A stretch of DNA of 64,000 nt from Candidatus Methylomirabilota bacterium (GTDB taxonomy: Bacteria; Methylomirabilota; Methylomirabilia; Rokubacteriales; CSP1-6): contig DASTFB010000070.1 of NCBI GenBank assembly GCA_035709005.1, positions 5,223 through 69,222 of the forward strand, read 5' to 3'. Below, piece by piece: positions 1 to 9,153 of this stretch. How positions within the stretch are numbered: position 1 is the first letter of the stretch; each line of letters starts with the position of its first letter. Below the pieces are notes generated by a model that saw only the letters and a list, made by a program, of their open reading frames with translations, had not been told where the DNA came from and searched no databases. The position numbers and the translations under genes are program-made.

Positions 1-347
1 ACGCGAAACGCGAACGCCCCGCTCACCACGTGGCCGTCCGCGGACATCACCACCCACTCCACTCGCCAGGAGCCCGGTCCCAGGGCCGGCGCGGACACCT
101 GCAGGCGGTCGGACGGCCCGCCGGGGCTGATCGCCAGCGTCCGGGCCGCTCCCCGCCCGTCGACCAGGCGCACACGACAGAGCCGCTTTTCCACGCGGTT
201 GTTGAACACCAGCTCGATCACCGACGGGGGATTCGCCGTCTGCGCACCGGCCGGCGGCGAGGACTCCAGCAACAGCGAATGGCCGGCGGCAGCGGCGGGC
301 AGGACGAGCCACAGCGCGCCGGCGAGCAGCGCGGCGGCCGGCGTCAC
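1..347 (-). CDS. CopC-domain copper-resistance-like periplasmic protein, 3' partial (runs off window start)
   Basis: Minus frame is open from a GTG at 345-347 to position 1. Translation ...LLAGALWLVLPAAAAGHSLLLESSPPAGAQTANPPSVIELVFNNRVE... has a signal-like N-terminus followed by a CopC-like HxL...SP..G motif. Overlaps the GNAT gene stop by 4 nt. Confidence 0.4.
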   Translation of the reverse strand, partial: MTPAAALLAGALWLVLPAAAAGHSLLLESSPPAGAQTANPPSVIELVFNNRVEKRLCRVRLVDGRGAARTLAISPGGPSDRLQVSAPALGPGSWRVEWVVMSADGHVVSGAFAFR

Positions 348-1375
348 CGCCAGTCGTCGAGCACCAGGTGTGTGGGGTCCTCGTAATCCTCCTGGCGGCC
401 CCGCTGCATGCGCACCATCGTGAAGTCGACCTGGTACCCCGCCCGGAGCAGCGCGCTGTACGCGGTGGTGTAGCGCGTGTAGACGGGCAGGATGACGCGC
501 TGGAGCCCCAGCTCGTGCCCCTGCTCCTCGAGGGCGGAGATGAACTGCTCGAGGAGCTCGACGCGCCTCTGCTGGGGATCGATGGCCAGATACTTGACGT
601 AGAGCGCGCCCATGGGGGCCTCGCTCACGCCCGGGGTGTGGTAGATCGCGAAGCCGAGCACATCCCGCCCGCGCTCGAGCAGCAGGGTGTCGCCCAGGGC
701 CAGGCCGTCGACGATCTCCACTTCCTTGGCCACGTCCAGACCCCGACAGATCGCGGTGGTGATACGGTGCAGCCGGGGCAGCACCGCCTTCTTCTTGGCC
801 TCCTCGAGCGTGGAGAAGCGCCGGACCGACAGCGGGAGCTTCACCGCCCGGAGCAACGGGGGCCGCCCGTTGTGCTGGTCGAGGGCCCGGCTGGTCACCG
901 CGGCCAGAGCCTTGGGCCGGAACCCCAGCTTGTGGTAGAGCGCGAGGTGCTTGGGGCTCGTGGGGTAGGTCACACAGCCCTGCAGCGCCGTCTTGTTCTC
1001 GTCGAAGAAGTCGAGCACCGCCTGGATGAGCTGCTGGCCGATCCTCTGGTTCTGGTAGTTGGTCAGGACGGCGACCGGCCCCAGGATCCCCACGCTGCCC
1101 CAGGTAACCCCGAGCGCGGCGCCGACGAGCTTGGTGCGGTCCTCCTCGGCCACGAAGCAGCCCCACGGCTCCATGAGCCAGCGGTGGTGCACGTACTGGG
1201 CGCCGCTGAAGGGTTGGCGCGGCCGCGTGCCGAGCTGCCGCTCCAGGAAGTCGCCGAACGTCTGGTCGATGACGTCGCGGACCCGGGAGAGATCCCCTTT
1301 GCGGACACGCCGGACGTGGACCTTGGTGAACCGCCCCTGAGAATCCGCGCCCAGCCGATCGACGGTGGCCCTCAC
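344..1375 (-). CDS. GNAT family N-acetyltransferase (two tandem acetyltransferase-like halves)
   Basis: 343-aa ORF with ...VLTNYQNQRIGQQLIQAV... and ...QGHELGLQRVILPV... segments typical of GNAT acetyl-CoA binding; start/stop overlap the neighbours. Confidence 0.65.
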   Translation of the reverse strand: MRATVDRLGADSQGRFTKVHVRRVRKGDLSRVRDVIDQTFGDFLERQLGTRPRQPFSGAQYVHHRWLMEPWGCFVAEEDRTKLVGAALGVTWGSVGILGPVAVLTNYQNQRIGQQLIQAVLDFFDENKTALQGCVTYPTSPKHLALYHKLGFRPKALAAVTSRALDQHNGRPPLLRAVKLPLSVRRFSTLEEAKKKAVLPRLHRITTAICRGLDVAKEVEIVDGLALGDTLLLERGRDVLGFAIYHTPGVSEAPMGALYVKYLAIDPQQRRVELLEQFISALEEQGHELGLQRVILPVYTRYTTAYSALLRAGYQVDFTMVRMQRGRQEDYEDPTHLVLDDWR

Positions 1376-2256
1376 GCGGAGACACCCGCGAGATCTTCGA
1401 GCAGGGTGATCACCGCGGAGTGGTCGAGCTGCCCCCGCCCCTTGACCCGGAGCGCGTTGAAAAGCTCCTGGACCACGGCGGTGGCGGGAAGCGGCACACC
1501 CAGCGCGCGCGCCGATTCCATGATGAGCCCGAGATCCTTGTAGTGCAGGTCCACCTTGAATCCCGGCCGGTAGCTGTTCTGGACGTAGTTCGGCGTCTTC
1601 TGGTCCAGGGCCCGCGAGCCCGCCAGACCACCGGCCAGCGCCTTGAGGGTCAGCTCGCGGTCCAGGCCGGCCTTCTTGGCGAGCGTCAGCGCCTCCCCCA
1701 GGGCCGTCAGGTTCATGGCCACGATGATCTGGTTGGCGAGCTTGGTGAAGCCGCCGAAGCCGAGCGGCCCCAGATACGTGATGGTCTTGCCCATCGTCGA
1801 CAAGACGGGCAGCACCTGGTCGAACACGGCCTTGTCGCCGCCCACCATGACGGACAGCACGCCGTCGATGGCGCCCTTCTCGCCCCCGGAGACCGGCGCA
1901 TCCAGCATGCGCACGCCCTTGCTCTCCAGCGTCTTGCCGACGTGCTGGGACACGATGGGCGAGATCGTCGACATGTCGATGAAGATCAGCCCCCGGCGCG
2001 CGCCCTCGGCGATCCCGTCCTTGCCCAGGGCGACCAGCTCCACGTCCGGCGAGTTCGGCAGCATCGTGATGAGCACGTCGACCTGCCCGGCCACTTCCCG
2101 CGGCGAGCCGGCAGCCTTGGCCCCGGCCTCCACCAGCTCATCCACCGGACCCCGGCTCCGGCTGTGGACAACCAGTGGGTAACCAGCTTTGAGAAGATTT
2201 CGGGCCATGGGGCGCCCCATGATACCGAGGCCAATAAATCCAATAACTTGCGGCAT
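1372..2256 (-). CDS. NAD(P)-dependent 3-hydroxyisobutyrate / 2-hydroxy-3-oxopropionate reductase family dehydrogenase
   Basis: Internal start MPQVIGFIGLGIMGRPMARNL has the Rossmann GxGxxG motif, plus HIBADH-family conserved blocks (DAPVSGG, KLANQ); the ORF-track start at 2301 is probably too long. Confidence 0.85.
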   Translation of the reverse strand: MPQVIGFIGLGIMGRPMARNLLKAGYPLVVHSRSRGPVDELVEAGAKAAGSPREVAGQVDVLITMLPNSPDVELVALGKDGIAEGARRGLIFIDMSTISPIVSQHVGKTLESKGVRMLDAPVSGGEKGAIDGVLSVMVGGDKAVFDQVLPVLSTMGKTITYLGPLGFGGFTKLANQIIVAMNLTALGEALTLAKKAGLDRELTLKALAGGLAGSRALDQKTPNYVQNSYRPGFKVDLHYKDLGLIMESARALGVPLPATAVVQELFNALRVKGRGQLDHSAVITLLEDLAGVSA

Positions 2257-2327
2257 GCGACTCCCCAGAGGCAAGGTGGTGGAACGCGCCGTTAGTACCA
2301 CATGGGGATACGGCGAATCAAGGCCTA

Positions 2328-2358
2328 ATCCGGCGCGTAGCGCCGGGGGGGCCCCCGC
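2328..2358 (-). terminator. putative rho-independent terminator after the AOR operon (GC hairpins ccggcgc-tac-gcgccgg and ggggggg/ccccc)
   Basis: Perfect 7-bp stem with 3-nt loop immediately 3' of the AOR stop at 2359, followed by a second G/C hairpin; no U-tract, as expected in a high-GC genome. Confidence 0.35.
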
Positions 2359-4299
2359 TTACCGGCCCTTCGTCCCCCACAGATCCCGGGCCAGCCAGTC
2401 CAGCCCGAGGTCCTTCAGAGTCTGGGGAAGCGGCCTCCCGGTCTTGCGGTCGTAGCCGACCTTGCCGTACCACGTCTCGAGCATCTTCTCCCACTGCTCC
2501 CCGATCGCCTGGCCCTTGGCCGGGCCGTCGTGGGGAGTGGAGCCGTAGCGCACGGACGGGCACTCCTTGTCGACGCCGATGCCGCAGCGCAGGCGGACCG
2601 CTCGGAAGATCGCGGCCGTGCGACGACCGAAGCGCATCGCCTCGTCGGGCGTGTACGGCCAGCCGGTCGCCGCGCTGAGCGCGCGGGCGAGGTTCTCCAG
2701 CCGCGTACGCCCGGTGAAGATACAGATGCCCAGAGAGTCCTCGAAGTGGCGGCGGCCCCGGATGCCGGCGACCTGGGTGGCCACCTCTTCGCCGTTGAAG
2801 GGATTGATGCGCGTAGGCAGGCCCAGCTCGGCCACGTGCACGGGCACGCCGGACTCCAGCGTGCCGGTGGAGCCCGTGCAGGTGTCGAGCATCTCGTCCC
2901 AGCGCCCACGGTGGTCGTGCCCGCGCGGGGAGGCGCCCTGCGCGGTATAGATGGCGGCGTCCCGGGCCGCGCCGCCCAACCGCTCGGACGCCACCTTCAC
3001 GCCCTCGGCCAGCACGTCGCCAAAGCCCTCACGCTTGACCAGCATTTGTAAGAGTTGGTTCGCCCCCTTGATATCGCCCCACTTCAGCTCGAAGCCCAGC
3101 TGATCCCTGGTGATGAGCCCGCGCTCCTGGCACTCCATCACCCAGCCGCACAGCCAGCCGAACTCGTTCACGTCGACGCAGGCCCGGTCGAGCTGGGTGT
3201 TGAGCCAGGAGATGCCCTGCTGATCGGTGGCCCCGATAGTCCAGCCCGCCCCCGACCAGCCCTCGTACTCCGGCTCGTCCACGATGGCGCCCTTGAAGTC
3301 GCCGCTGCGGATGACCTGCATGTGGCAGTGATGCATGCCGCAGGCGTTGCACTGGTGGCCGCGGTGATCGAAGCCCTCGCGCAGCTTGGGCGCCTCCCAC
3401 CGACTCAGGTCGTCATAGGGCACGTTGGTGGTGTAGTTCTTGATCGGCAGCACGCCGAGCTTCCCCAGGTTCACGACGCCGGGCAGCGTCCCGTACTCGT
3501 ACAGCGACTTGGCCGACGGGTCGGTCTTGAGGTCGTGGGCGATGTCGTCGGCGGCCTGCACCACGCCGCGATAGTCGGCGGCCCGCAGGGCCCGCGTGCC
3601 TTTCACGATGGCCACGGCCCGGAGGCGCTTGACGCCCATGACGGCGCCGCAGCCGTTCTTGGAGGCCACGTGGCCGTAGTCGCCGTGGATGGCGGCGAAG
3701 CGCACGAGTTTCTCGCCGGCCACGCCGGAGGTGTACACGGACAGCTGGTGGCCGGTGAGCCCCAGCATGCGGCCCAGCGCGTCCTGGGTCTCCCAGGTGT
3801 CCAGGCCCAGCAGCGGCTTGGCGTCCCGCAGCTCGATCACCTCGTCGTCGATGTAGAGGTAGACCCAGTCCTTGGACTGGCCCTGGATCACGATGGCGTC
3901 GTAACCGCAGTACTTGAGGTTGGTGCCGAAGAAGCCGTTGGCCTGAGTCGAGGTGGGCCCGTTCGTCATGGCTCCGATGGTCACGACGGTGAGGCCGCCC
4001 GTCCCCCACACCGGCAGCCCGGCCAGCGGGCCCGTGGCCAGGACGAGGCGATTGTCGGGATGGTCCCACGACACGTTGCCCTTGCCGCCTCTGGTGCCGG
4101 TTTCCCGGTAGAGGATCAGCGCGCCCAGGCCGGCGCCGCCCAGCCAGTCGCGCATCTCCTGAGGACTCCAGGGCTCGGCCCAGCACTTCTTCTTGGTCAG
4201 ATCGACCCGGAGGAGCTGGCCGGCGTAGGCGCCGGGCAGGCGGGTCGTGGATGCTGCCGTCTTGCTCCGTGGTGCCGCGCTCGTCGTCATCGGGGTCAC
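2359..4299 (-). CDS. aor: tungsten-containing aldehyde:ferredoxin oxidoreductase (AOR family)
   Basis: 646 aa. N-terminus ...AYAGQLLRVDLTKKK... matches the AOR N-terminal domain and the length fits full-length AOR; start overlaps the upstream FAD-oxidoreductase stop (ATGA). Confidence 0.9.
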   Translation of the reverse strand: MTPMTTSAAPRSKTAASTTRLPGAYAGQLLRVDLTKKKCWAEPWSPQEMRDWLGGAGLGALILYRETGTRGGKGNVSWDHPDNRLVLATGPLAGLPVWGTGGLTVVTIGAMTNGPTSTQANGFFGTNLKYCGYDAIVIQGQSKDWVYLYIDDEVIELRDAKPLLGLDTWETQDALGRMLGLTGHQLSVYTSGVAGEKLVRFAAIHGDYGHVASKNGCGAVMGVKRLRAVAIVKGTRALRAADYRGVVQAADDIAHDLKTDPSAKSLYEYGTLPGVVNLGKLGVLPIKNYTTNVPYDDLSRWEAPKLREGFDHRGHQCNACGMHHCHMQVIRSGDFKGAIVDEPEYEGWSGAGWTIGATDQQGISWLNTQLDRACVDVNEFGWLCGWVMECQERGLITRDQLGFELKWGDIKGANQLLQMLVKREGFGDVLAEGVKVASERLGGAARDAAIYTAQGASPRGHDHRGRWDEMLDTCTGSTGTLESGVPVHVAELGLPTRINPFNGEEVATQVAGIRGRRHFEDSLGICIFTGRTRLENLARALSAATGWPYTPDEAMRFGRRTAAIFRAVRLRCGIGVDKECPSVRYGSTPHDGPAKGQAIGEQWEKMLETWYGKVGYDRKTGRPLPQTLKDLGLDWLARDLWGTKGR

Positions 4300-5621
4300 A
4301 CCGCCACCGGGGTGGTGCCGGGCGCCCTGGACGGGCGTCCAAGCACGGTTTCGTCGAGCAGCCGTCGCGTCGTCCCGGACGCGATGTAGGCCGACTTGAT
4401 GTCGAAGGGGTTACGCCGGAGCGCGTCCTTGAAGTGGCCGAGCGCCGTCTGAGTCTGCACCAGGCCCTTGAGCATGCCCACGTCGTTCGTGGTCCAGATG
4501 TCGCGGGACGGCCCCAGGATGATGGCGCCCACGAGGTGATCGCCACGCCACAGCAGCTTGCGGTAGGCCGGCCGGTCCGGCCTGAGCCCGACCATCGCCT
4601 CGGCGCCCTCGTCGTCCCAGGCACCGAAGGACGCGATGTCGAGGTGGCAGACCTCGACGATGTTCATGAGCAGGCTGCCCGGGTAGCGGACGTCCTTGCC
4701 CGCCATGTTGGCGCCGGCCACGCGCCCGTGCTCCTGCGCCGTCGGCTCGATGGCGTGCAGCGCCGGCGCCCCGGACACGCGATCGGGTCCCTCGGCCACG
4801 TCGCCGGCGGCGTAGACATTGGGCACGCTGGCCCGGAGATGGTCATCGACCAGGATGCCCTGCTCGATCTTGATGCCGGAATCCTTGAGCCAGTCGAGGT
4901 TCGTCCGGATCCCCGTGGCCATGATCACGACGTCGGCCTGGATGTCGGGGCCCCTGGCGAAGCGCAGCCGCTTGCGGCCCTTCGCCTCCTCGATCCGCGT
5001 CAACGTGGCGCCGGCGCGGACGGTGACGCCGTGCCGGCGCAGCCAGCCCTCCACGAGCTCGGCGCCCTTGGCGTCGACCATGCGAGGCAGGATGCGCGGG
5101 GCGATCTCCACGATCGTCAGTGTGGCGCCCAGGGCCAGGATGGAGTTGAGGATGGTGAAGGCGATGAATCCGGCTCCCACCATGACCACGTGGCTGCCCG
5201 GCCGGATGTCGGCGATCAGGGCCCGGCACTGGTCCAGCGTCCAGAACGAGTGGACGCCGGGCAGGTCGGCGCCCGGCACCGGGGCCTTCACCGGCGACGA
5301 GCCCGTGGCGATCAGGCAGTCGTCATACTCCACGCTGGTGCCGTCGTCCAGGGTGCACGCGTTGGCCGCCGTGCCGAGCTTGACGGCGCGCCGGCCCAGG
5401 TGCGTCTTCACGCCCCACTGGGCCAGCACGGCCGCGGCCGCCGTGAAGACATGGGACTCGGCGATGGAGCGGTCCAGATAGTACGGGAGCACCATGCGGG
5501 AGTAGGGCTTCTCGACGCTGACCAGCGTGATCTCCGAGCGCTCGCGTTCTTCCTCGCGGATCGTTCGCATCGCGTTCATGCCGGCCGTGCCGCCGCCGAT
5601 GATCAGATGACGCGCCGGCAT
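4296..5621 (-). CDS. FAD-dependent pyridine nucleotide-disulfide oxidoreductase (AOR electron-transfer subunit, AorC-like)
   Basis: Start MPARHLIIGGGTAGMNA is a dinucleotide-binding motif; a second Rossmann block VVMVGAGFIAF follows and AAGDVAEG lies near the C-terminus. Its ATG overlaps the ferredoxin stop at 5621. Confidence 0.85.
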   Translation of the reverse strand: MPARHLIIGGGTAGMNAMRTIREEERERSEITLVSVEKPYSRMVLPYYLDRSIAESHVFTAAAAVLAQWGVKTHLGRRAVKLGTAANACTLDDGTSVEYDDCLIATGSSPVKAPVPGADLPGVHSFWTLDQCRALIADIRPGSHVVMVGAGFIAFTILNSILALGATLTIVEIAPRILPRMVDAKGAELVEGWLRRHGVTVRAGATLTRIEEAKGRKRLRFARGPDIQADVVIMATGIRTNLDWLKDSGIKIEQGILVDDHLRASVPNVYAAGDVAEGPDRVSGAPALHAIEPTAQEHGRVAGANMAGKDVRYPGSLLMNIVEVCHLDIASFGAWDDEGAEAMVGLRPDRPAYRKLLWRGDHLVGAIILGPSRDIWTTNDVGMLKGLVQTQTALGHFKDALRRNPFDIKSAYIASGTTRRLLDETVLGRPSRAPGTTPVAV

Positions 5622-6091
5622 CAGCGCGCCTCCGCCAGGACGCGGCCCATCCGCTCGGCGGCGAAGTCGCCGAGCCAGTCGGCCGTGGGCACGTCCTCGT
5701 AGAGGATGGCCGCGGTGGGGCAGGCGTGGACGCAGGCGGGGTCGCCGCCGCAGAGGTTGCACTTGAAGGCTTTCCGGGTGCCGGGGTCGTAGAACATGGT
5801 GCCGTAGGGGCAGGCGATCGTGCACAGCTTGCATCCAACGCAGAGGTCGTCCACGACGTCCTTCGCCCCGGCGGCGTTGATCGTGATGGCGCCGACCGGA
5901 CACGCCGTCATGCACCAGCCCTCGGCGCACTGCGTGCAAGTGTACGGCGCGTAGGAGGTGTGGCGTTCGAACGGGGACACGCGGATGACCGACTTGGCCG
6001 GCTGGTACGTCCCGGTTTGCATGTACGAGCACGCCAGTTCGCAGCGGAGGCAGCCGGTGCAGCGCTCCGGGATGATTCGAAGGACGCTCAT
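5621..6091 (-). CDS. polyferredoxin with four [4Fe-4S] cluster motifs (AorA-like)
   Basis: 156 aa with four CxxCxxC...CP cysteine blocks (CTGCLRCELAC, CTQCAEGWCMTACP, CVGCKLCTIACP, CNLCGGDPACVHACP). Confidence 0.85.
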   Translation of the reverse strand: MSVLRIIPERCTGCLRCELACSYMQTGTYQPAKSVIRVSPFERHTSYAPYTCTQCAEGWCMTACPVGAITINAAGAKDVVDDLCVGCKLCTIACPYGTMFYDPGTRKAFKCNLCGGDPACVHACPTAAILYEDVPTADWLGDFAAERMGRVLAEAR

Positions 6092-6405
6092 CGCTTCTTT
6101 CGGGCCTTCCCCTTGCCGCCGCCCTCCAGCCGCTCGATGAACTCGTCGAGGGGGATGGCGGCCATCGTCATGCCGGCGGCCCCGCCCCGCGCGCCCACTT
6201 CGACGGACACACGCGAGATGGTGGCGTTGTCCGCCGCCTCGATGACGGTGACGAAATCGTAGGGGCCGAGGACGGCGTACTGGGCCAGCACCCGCGCGCC
6301 CATACGCTCGACGTCGGCGTTGACCTTGCGAATCCAGCCGGGACGCTCCCGCACGACCTTGCGGCCCGACTCCGAGAGCGTGCTCAGCATGATGTAGAGG
6401 CTCAC
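6088..6405 (-). CDS. GYD domain protein
   Basis: VSLYIMLSTLSESGRKVV... is the GYD-family N-terminus; GTG start at 6405 with AAGGAG 7 nt upstream; stop overlaps the ferredoxin start. Confidence 0.65.
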   Translation of the reverse strand: MSLYIMLSTLSESGRKVVRERPGWIRKVNADVERMGARVLAQYAVLGPYDFVTVIEAADNATISRVSVEVGARGGAAGMTMAAIPLDEFIERLEGGGKGKARKKR

Positions 6406-6455
6406 GGCTGGATCTCCTTTCGCAGCGGCCGGTAGTATAACACCGTCCCCTCCGA

Positions 6456-7358
6456 TCACACGGGCGCGTCTTGGCTCGAGGCGCGCAGGAAGTCGTAGAC
6501 CGACGAAAAGTCCTTGCGCCCGTAGCCGTGGGAGGAGGCCAGCCGCAGCAGCAGCTGGGCGGCCGGCGCCACGGCCACCGGCACCCGCAGCTCGCGGGCG
6601 GCGTTGACGGCCAGGCCCAGGTCCTTGGCCATGAGATCCGTCATGAATCCCGGAGCGTAATCGCGGTTGGCCGCCGCCTGCTCCACCATGCCTGGCACGG
6701 GATGGCCGTGCTCCATCACCCAGGTGTTCCCCGACGACCTGGCGATGACCTGGGTCAGGATGCGCGGATCGACGCCGAACCCTTCCGCGATGCGGAACGC
6801 CTCGCTCACCGCCACCATGGCCACGCCGGCGATGAGATTGTTGCAGAGCTTGGCCACCTCGCCGGAGCCCACCGCGCCGACGTGGATGATCGTGCTGCCC
6901 ATGGCGGCCAGGGCCGGGCGGGCCTCCTCGAGATCCATGGGATCGCCACCGACCATGATGGTCAGCGTGCCGGCCACCGCCCGCGGGACCGCGCCCGAGA
7001 CCGGCGCATCGAGGAACCGCACGCCGGCCGAGCGCAGCCGGACGGCCACCCGGCGGGACACCGCGGGATCGATCGTCGACATGTCCACGCAGAGCCGGCC
7101 GCGCGCCACGCCCTCGAGCACGCCGGCGGGACCCAGGTAGGCCGCCTCCACGTGCGAGGACGACGGCAGCATCGTCACGACGAGCTGTCCCTGCTTGGCC
7201 GCTTCGGCCGCCGAGCCCGCCGCGGTGGCGCCCAGCGCGACGGCGGCTTGCAGCGCCGCGGGCGCCACGTCGTAGGCGGTGACCGAGAAGCCGCGGGCCA
7301 GCAGGTTCTTGACCATCGGCTGCCCCATGGTGCCGGTCCCGATGAAGCCGATCTTCAT
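6456..7358 (-). CDS. NAD(P)-dependent oxidoreductase, HIBADH family (second paralogue)
   Basis: MKIGFIGTGTMGQPMVKNL, DAPVSGAVP, GSGEVAKLCNN; AGGAGG Shine-Dalgarno (SD) site upstream of the ATG. Confidence 0.85.
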   Translation of the reverse strand: MKIGFIGTGTMGQPMVKNLLARGFSVTAYDVAPAALQAAVALGATAAGSAAEAAKQGQLVVTMLPSSSHVEAAYLGPAGVLEGVARGRLCVDMSTIDPAVSRRVAVRLRSAGVRFLDAPVSGAVPRAVAGTLTIMVGGDPMDLEEARPALAAMGSTIIHVGAVGSGEVAKLCNNLIAGVAMVAVSEAFRIAEGFGVDPRILTQVIARSSGNTWVMEHGHPVPGMVEQAAANRDYAPGFMTDLMAKDLGLAVNAARELRVPVAVAPAAQLLLRLASSHGYGRKDFSSVYDFLRASSQDAPV

Positions 7359-7474
7359 GACGGCCTCCTTTTGTAGCGGGGTCCGCGAGCCCGGTTCGAC
7401 GCGTGGGTGGCCTGCCCGAGGTGCGTGTGGCTCCGTCTCGTCGTGTCAGCCGTTCGCGTCACTCTGCCCCCCTG

Positions 7475-7879
7475 TTATGGCTTCAGGACCATCTGGGTCT
7501 GGATCGTGATTGACAGCAAGCGCCCGGCTCCGTCCGTGACGCGCGTCTGCCACACCATCGTGGTGCGGCCCCGGTGCAGCGGCGTGCTCTCCGCCCGCAC
7601 CACGCCGTGTTGCCCGGCGGCGAAGAAGTTGGTCTTGGACTCCAGGGTCGCCGTCGACGCCCCCGGCGGCAGATTGAGCATGGTGGCGGTGGCCCCCGCG
7701 ACATCGGCGAGGGTCATCAGGGTGCCCCCGTGCAGCCGCCCGCCCACCGTGCGCAGCTCGTCGCGGATGGCGAGCTCGGCCACCACCCGGTCGGGCAGCG
7801 CTTCCACGAAGCGGATTCCGAGCAGCTCGCTCAGCGTGCCCCGGTGCCGTTCGTCGAGCGCCGTCGGATCGATCGTCAC
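7475..7879 (-). CDS. PaaI-family (hotdog fold) acyl-CoA thioesterase
   Basis: ...LSELLGIRFVEALPDRVVAELAIRDEL...GGRLHGGTLMTLADVAGA... is the 4HBT/PaaI signature; GTG start at 7879 preceded by GAGGAGGG. Confidence 0.75.
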   Translation of the reverse strand: MTIDPTALDERHRGTLSELLGIRFVEALPDRVVAELAIRDELRTVGGRLHGGTLMTLADVAGATATMLNLPPGASTATLESKTNFFAAGQHGVVRAESTPLHRGRTTMVWQTRVTDGAGRLLSITIQTQMVLKP

Positions 7880-8037
7880 GGTTCCCTCCTCACCGGAACC
7901 CCGGCCTGTAATGCTCCGGTGCTCGCCGGCGTCGTGCCGAGCCACTGCTCATCGGCGTCGCCCGTATGGTCATCGTCGGCGCGCTGCTCCTGCTCGCCGC
8001 CCGCACCTTGAATTGGACGAGTTGGACTCGCCCGTGT

Positions 8038-8140
8038 CACACCTCGCGCGAAATGGGGGGGTCTGGAGGGGGCGCGTCTCGTGCCTCCTCCAGGCTAAGA
8101 ATCAGGTCTGAAGGGGGCCTCTGCCCCCTCTGGCTCGATC
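8038..8140. repeat. family-A GC-rich palindromic repeat element (two GGAGGGGGC-N-GCCCCCTCC-like hairpins plus cacctcgcgcgaaatgg arm)
   Basis: Near-identical element recurs at 17553-17660 and, inverted, at 33650-33720. Here it overlaps and supplies the last ~15 codons and stop of the 8095-9153 gene. Confidence 0.8.
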
Positions 8141-9153
8141 GGTCGCGAGACGGCCCGGCTGAAGCAGCAGTTGGGGACCACGCTGGAGTGCTTGCCCGGC
8201 CCGCCGGCGACCACCACCAGCACGTCCTCCGGCCCGGGGACACGCGGCGGCCGGACATCGTCGTCGCGGAGAGCCATCATCCACGGGGGCCAGTCCTGGG
8301 CCCCCCACATGCCCCCGAGCTTCAGCGTCTTGAGTGGCAGCCGCGCGTGCTCGTACACGAAACGCTGGACGTCGGCTCGTCCCAGGCCCTCGGCGGCGAT
8401 GGTCTGCGCGTGCTCGGGACCCAGGACGACGAGCAGCTGGCTCTGGGCCAGGTACCAGCCCACGTTGGAACCCAGCGTGACGGCGGTGTGGGCGACGGTG
8501 GCCAGGATGCCCGCCGCCGTCGTCGACACGTGGTCGTTGATGTTGTGGGGAGCCTCACCACCATACACCGTGACGACGTCGCCGGCGGCCAACGGTTCCC
8601 ACGGCGAGGCAGCCTCGTTCTCGGCGATGCAGTAACTGAACTTGGCGGGACTGCCCTGGGTCGCCATGTCGTGACGACCCGGCCAGGCGCCACCGACGTT
8701 CATGAGGATCAGGCGGATGGCCCGTCCGATCGTCGCGTTGGCCCGAAAGCCCGGCCCGAAGCAACCGCTGCCGGCGTGCAGGCCGATCTCGCGCGCGTAG
8801 GGTCCGTTGACCACGAGCAGGGGCGCCACCGGATGCGTGGTGGCCTGCACGCCGTAGAGATTGAAGGCCGGATCCAGCATGGCCTCCACGGCGGCCACGA
8901 TGACGGGCAGGTGCTCGGGCCGGCACCCGGCCATCACCGCGTTGACGGCGAGCGCCTGCAGGGTGGCTTCATGCCAGAGCGGCGGCATGGGACCCAATGA
9001 GCGGTCGGCGGGAGCGCCGCCCAGCATGGCCCGCACGCGGTCCTCGGTGGGAGGCACGATAGGCAGCCCATCGCACCAGCCCCGCTCGACGAACGCCTCC
9101 AGCAGCGCCTCGGGCGTGTCGTCGACGTCGAGCGTGGCCGCCGACGGCGCCAT
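8095..9153 (-). CDS. conserved partner protein of the UGSC selenoprotein (uncharacterised; homologous to the C-terminal 450 aa of the fused gene at 53337-55007)
   Basis: 352 aa. Blocks ERGWCDGLPIVPPTEDRVRAMLGG / VNAVMAGCRPEHLPVIVAAV / GSPAKFSYCIAENEAASPWEP align with SRGWSDGFPLVAPTERAVAAMLGG / VNSVMAGCAPEHLPLLIAAV / GSPLKYSLCCAENERESPWEP in the second locus; its ATG overlaps the selenoprotein stop. Confidence 0.7.
   Translation of the reverse strand: MAPSAATLDVDDTPEALLEAFVERGWCDGLPIVPPTEDRVRAMLGGAPADRSLGPMPPLWHEATLQALAVNAVMAGCRPEHLPVIVAAVEAMLDPAFNLYGVQATTHPVAPLLVVNGPYAREIGLHAGSGCFGPGFRANATIGRAIRLILMNVGGAWPGRHDMATQGSPAKFSYCIAENEAASPWEPLAAGDVVTVYGGEAPHNINDHVSTTAAGILATVAHTAVTLGSNVGWYLAQSQLLVVLGPEHAQTIAAEGLGRADVQRFVYEHARLPLKTLKLGGMWGAQDWPPWMMALRDDDVRPPRVPGPEDVLVVVAGGPGKHSSVVPNCCFSRAVSRPIEPEGAEAPFRPDS

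Noticed and set aside
368-1543. Long plus-strand ORF (391 aa) antisense to the GNAT and dehydrogenase genes; similar long antisense ORFs at 3055-4389, 4251-5702, 10272-12020, 15963-16847, 20324-21619, 23504-25147, 25766-28246, 49417-51837, 56796-58517
   Set aside because: Arg/Pro/Gly/Ala-rich low-complexity translations with no motifs. They are typical stop-codon-poor shadow frames in ~70% GC DNA, each opposite a well-supported gene.
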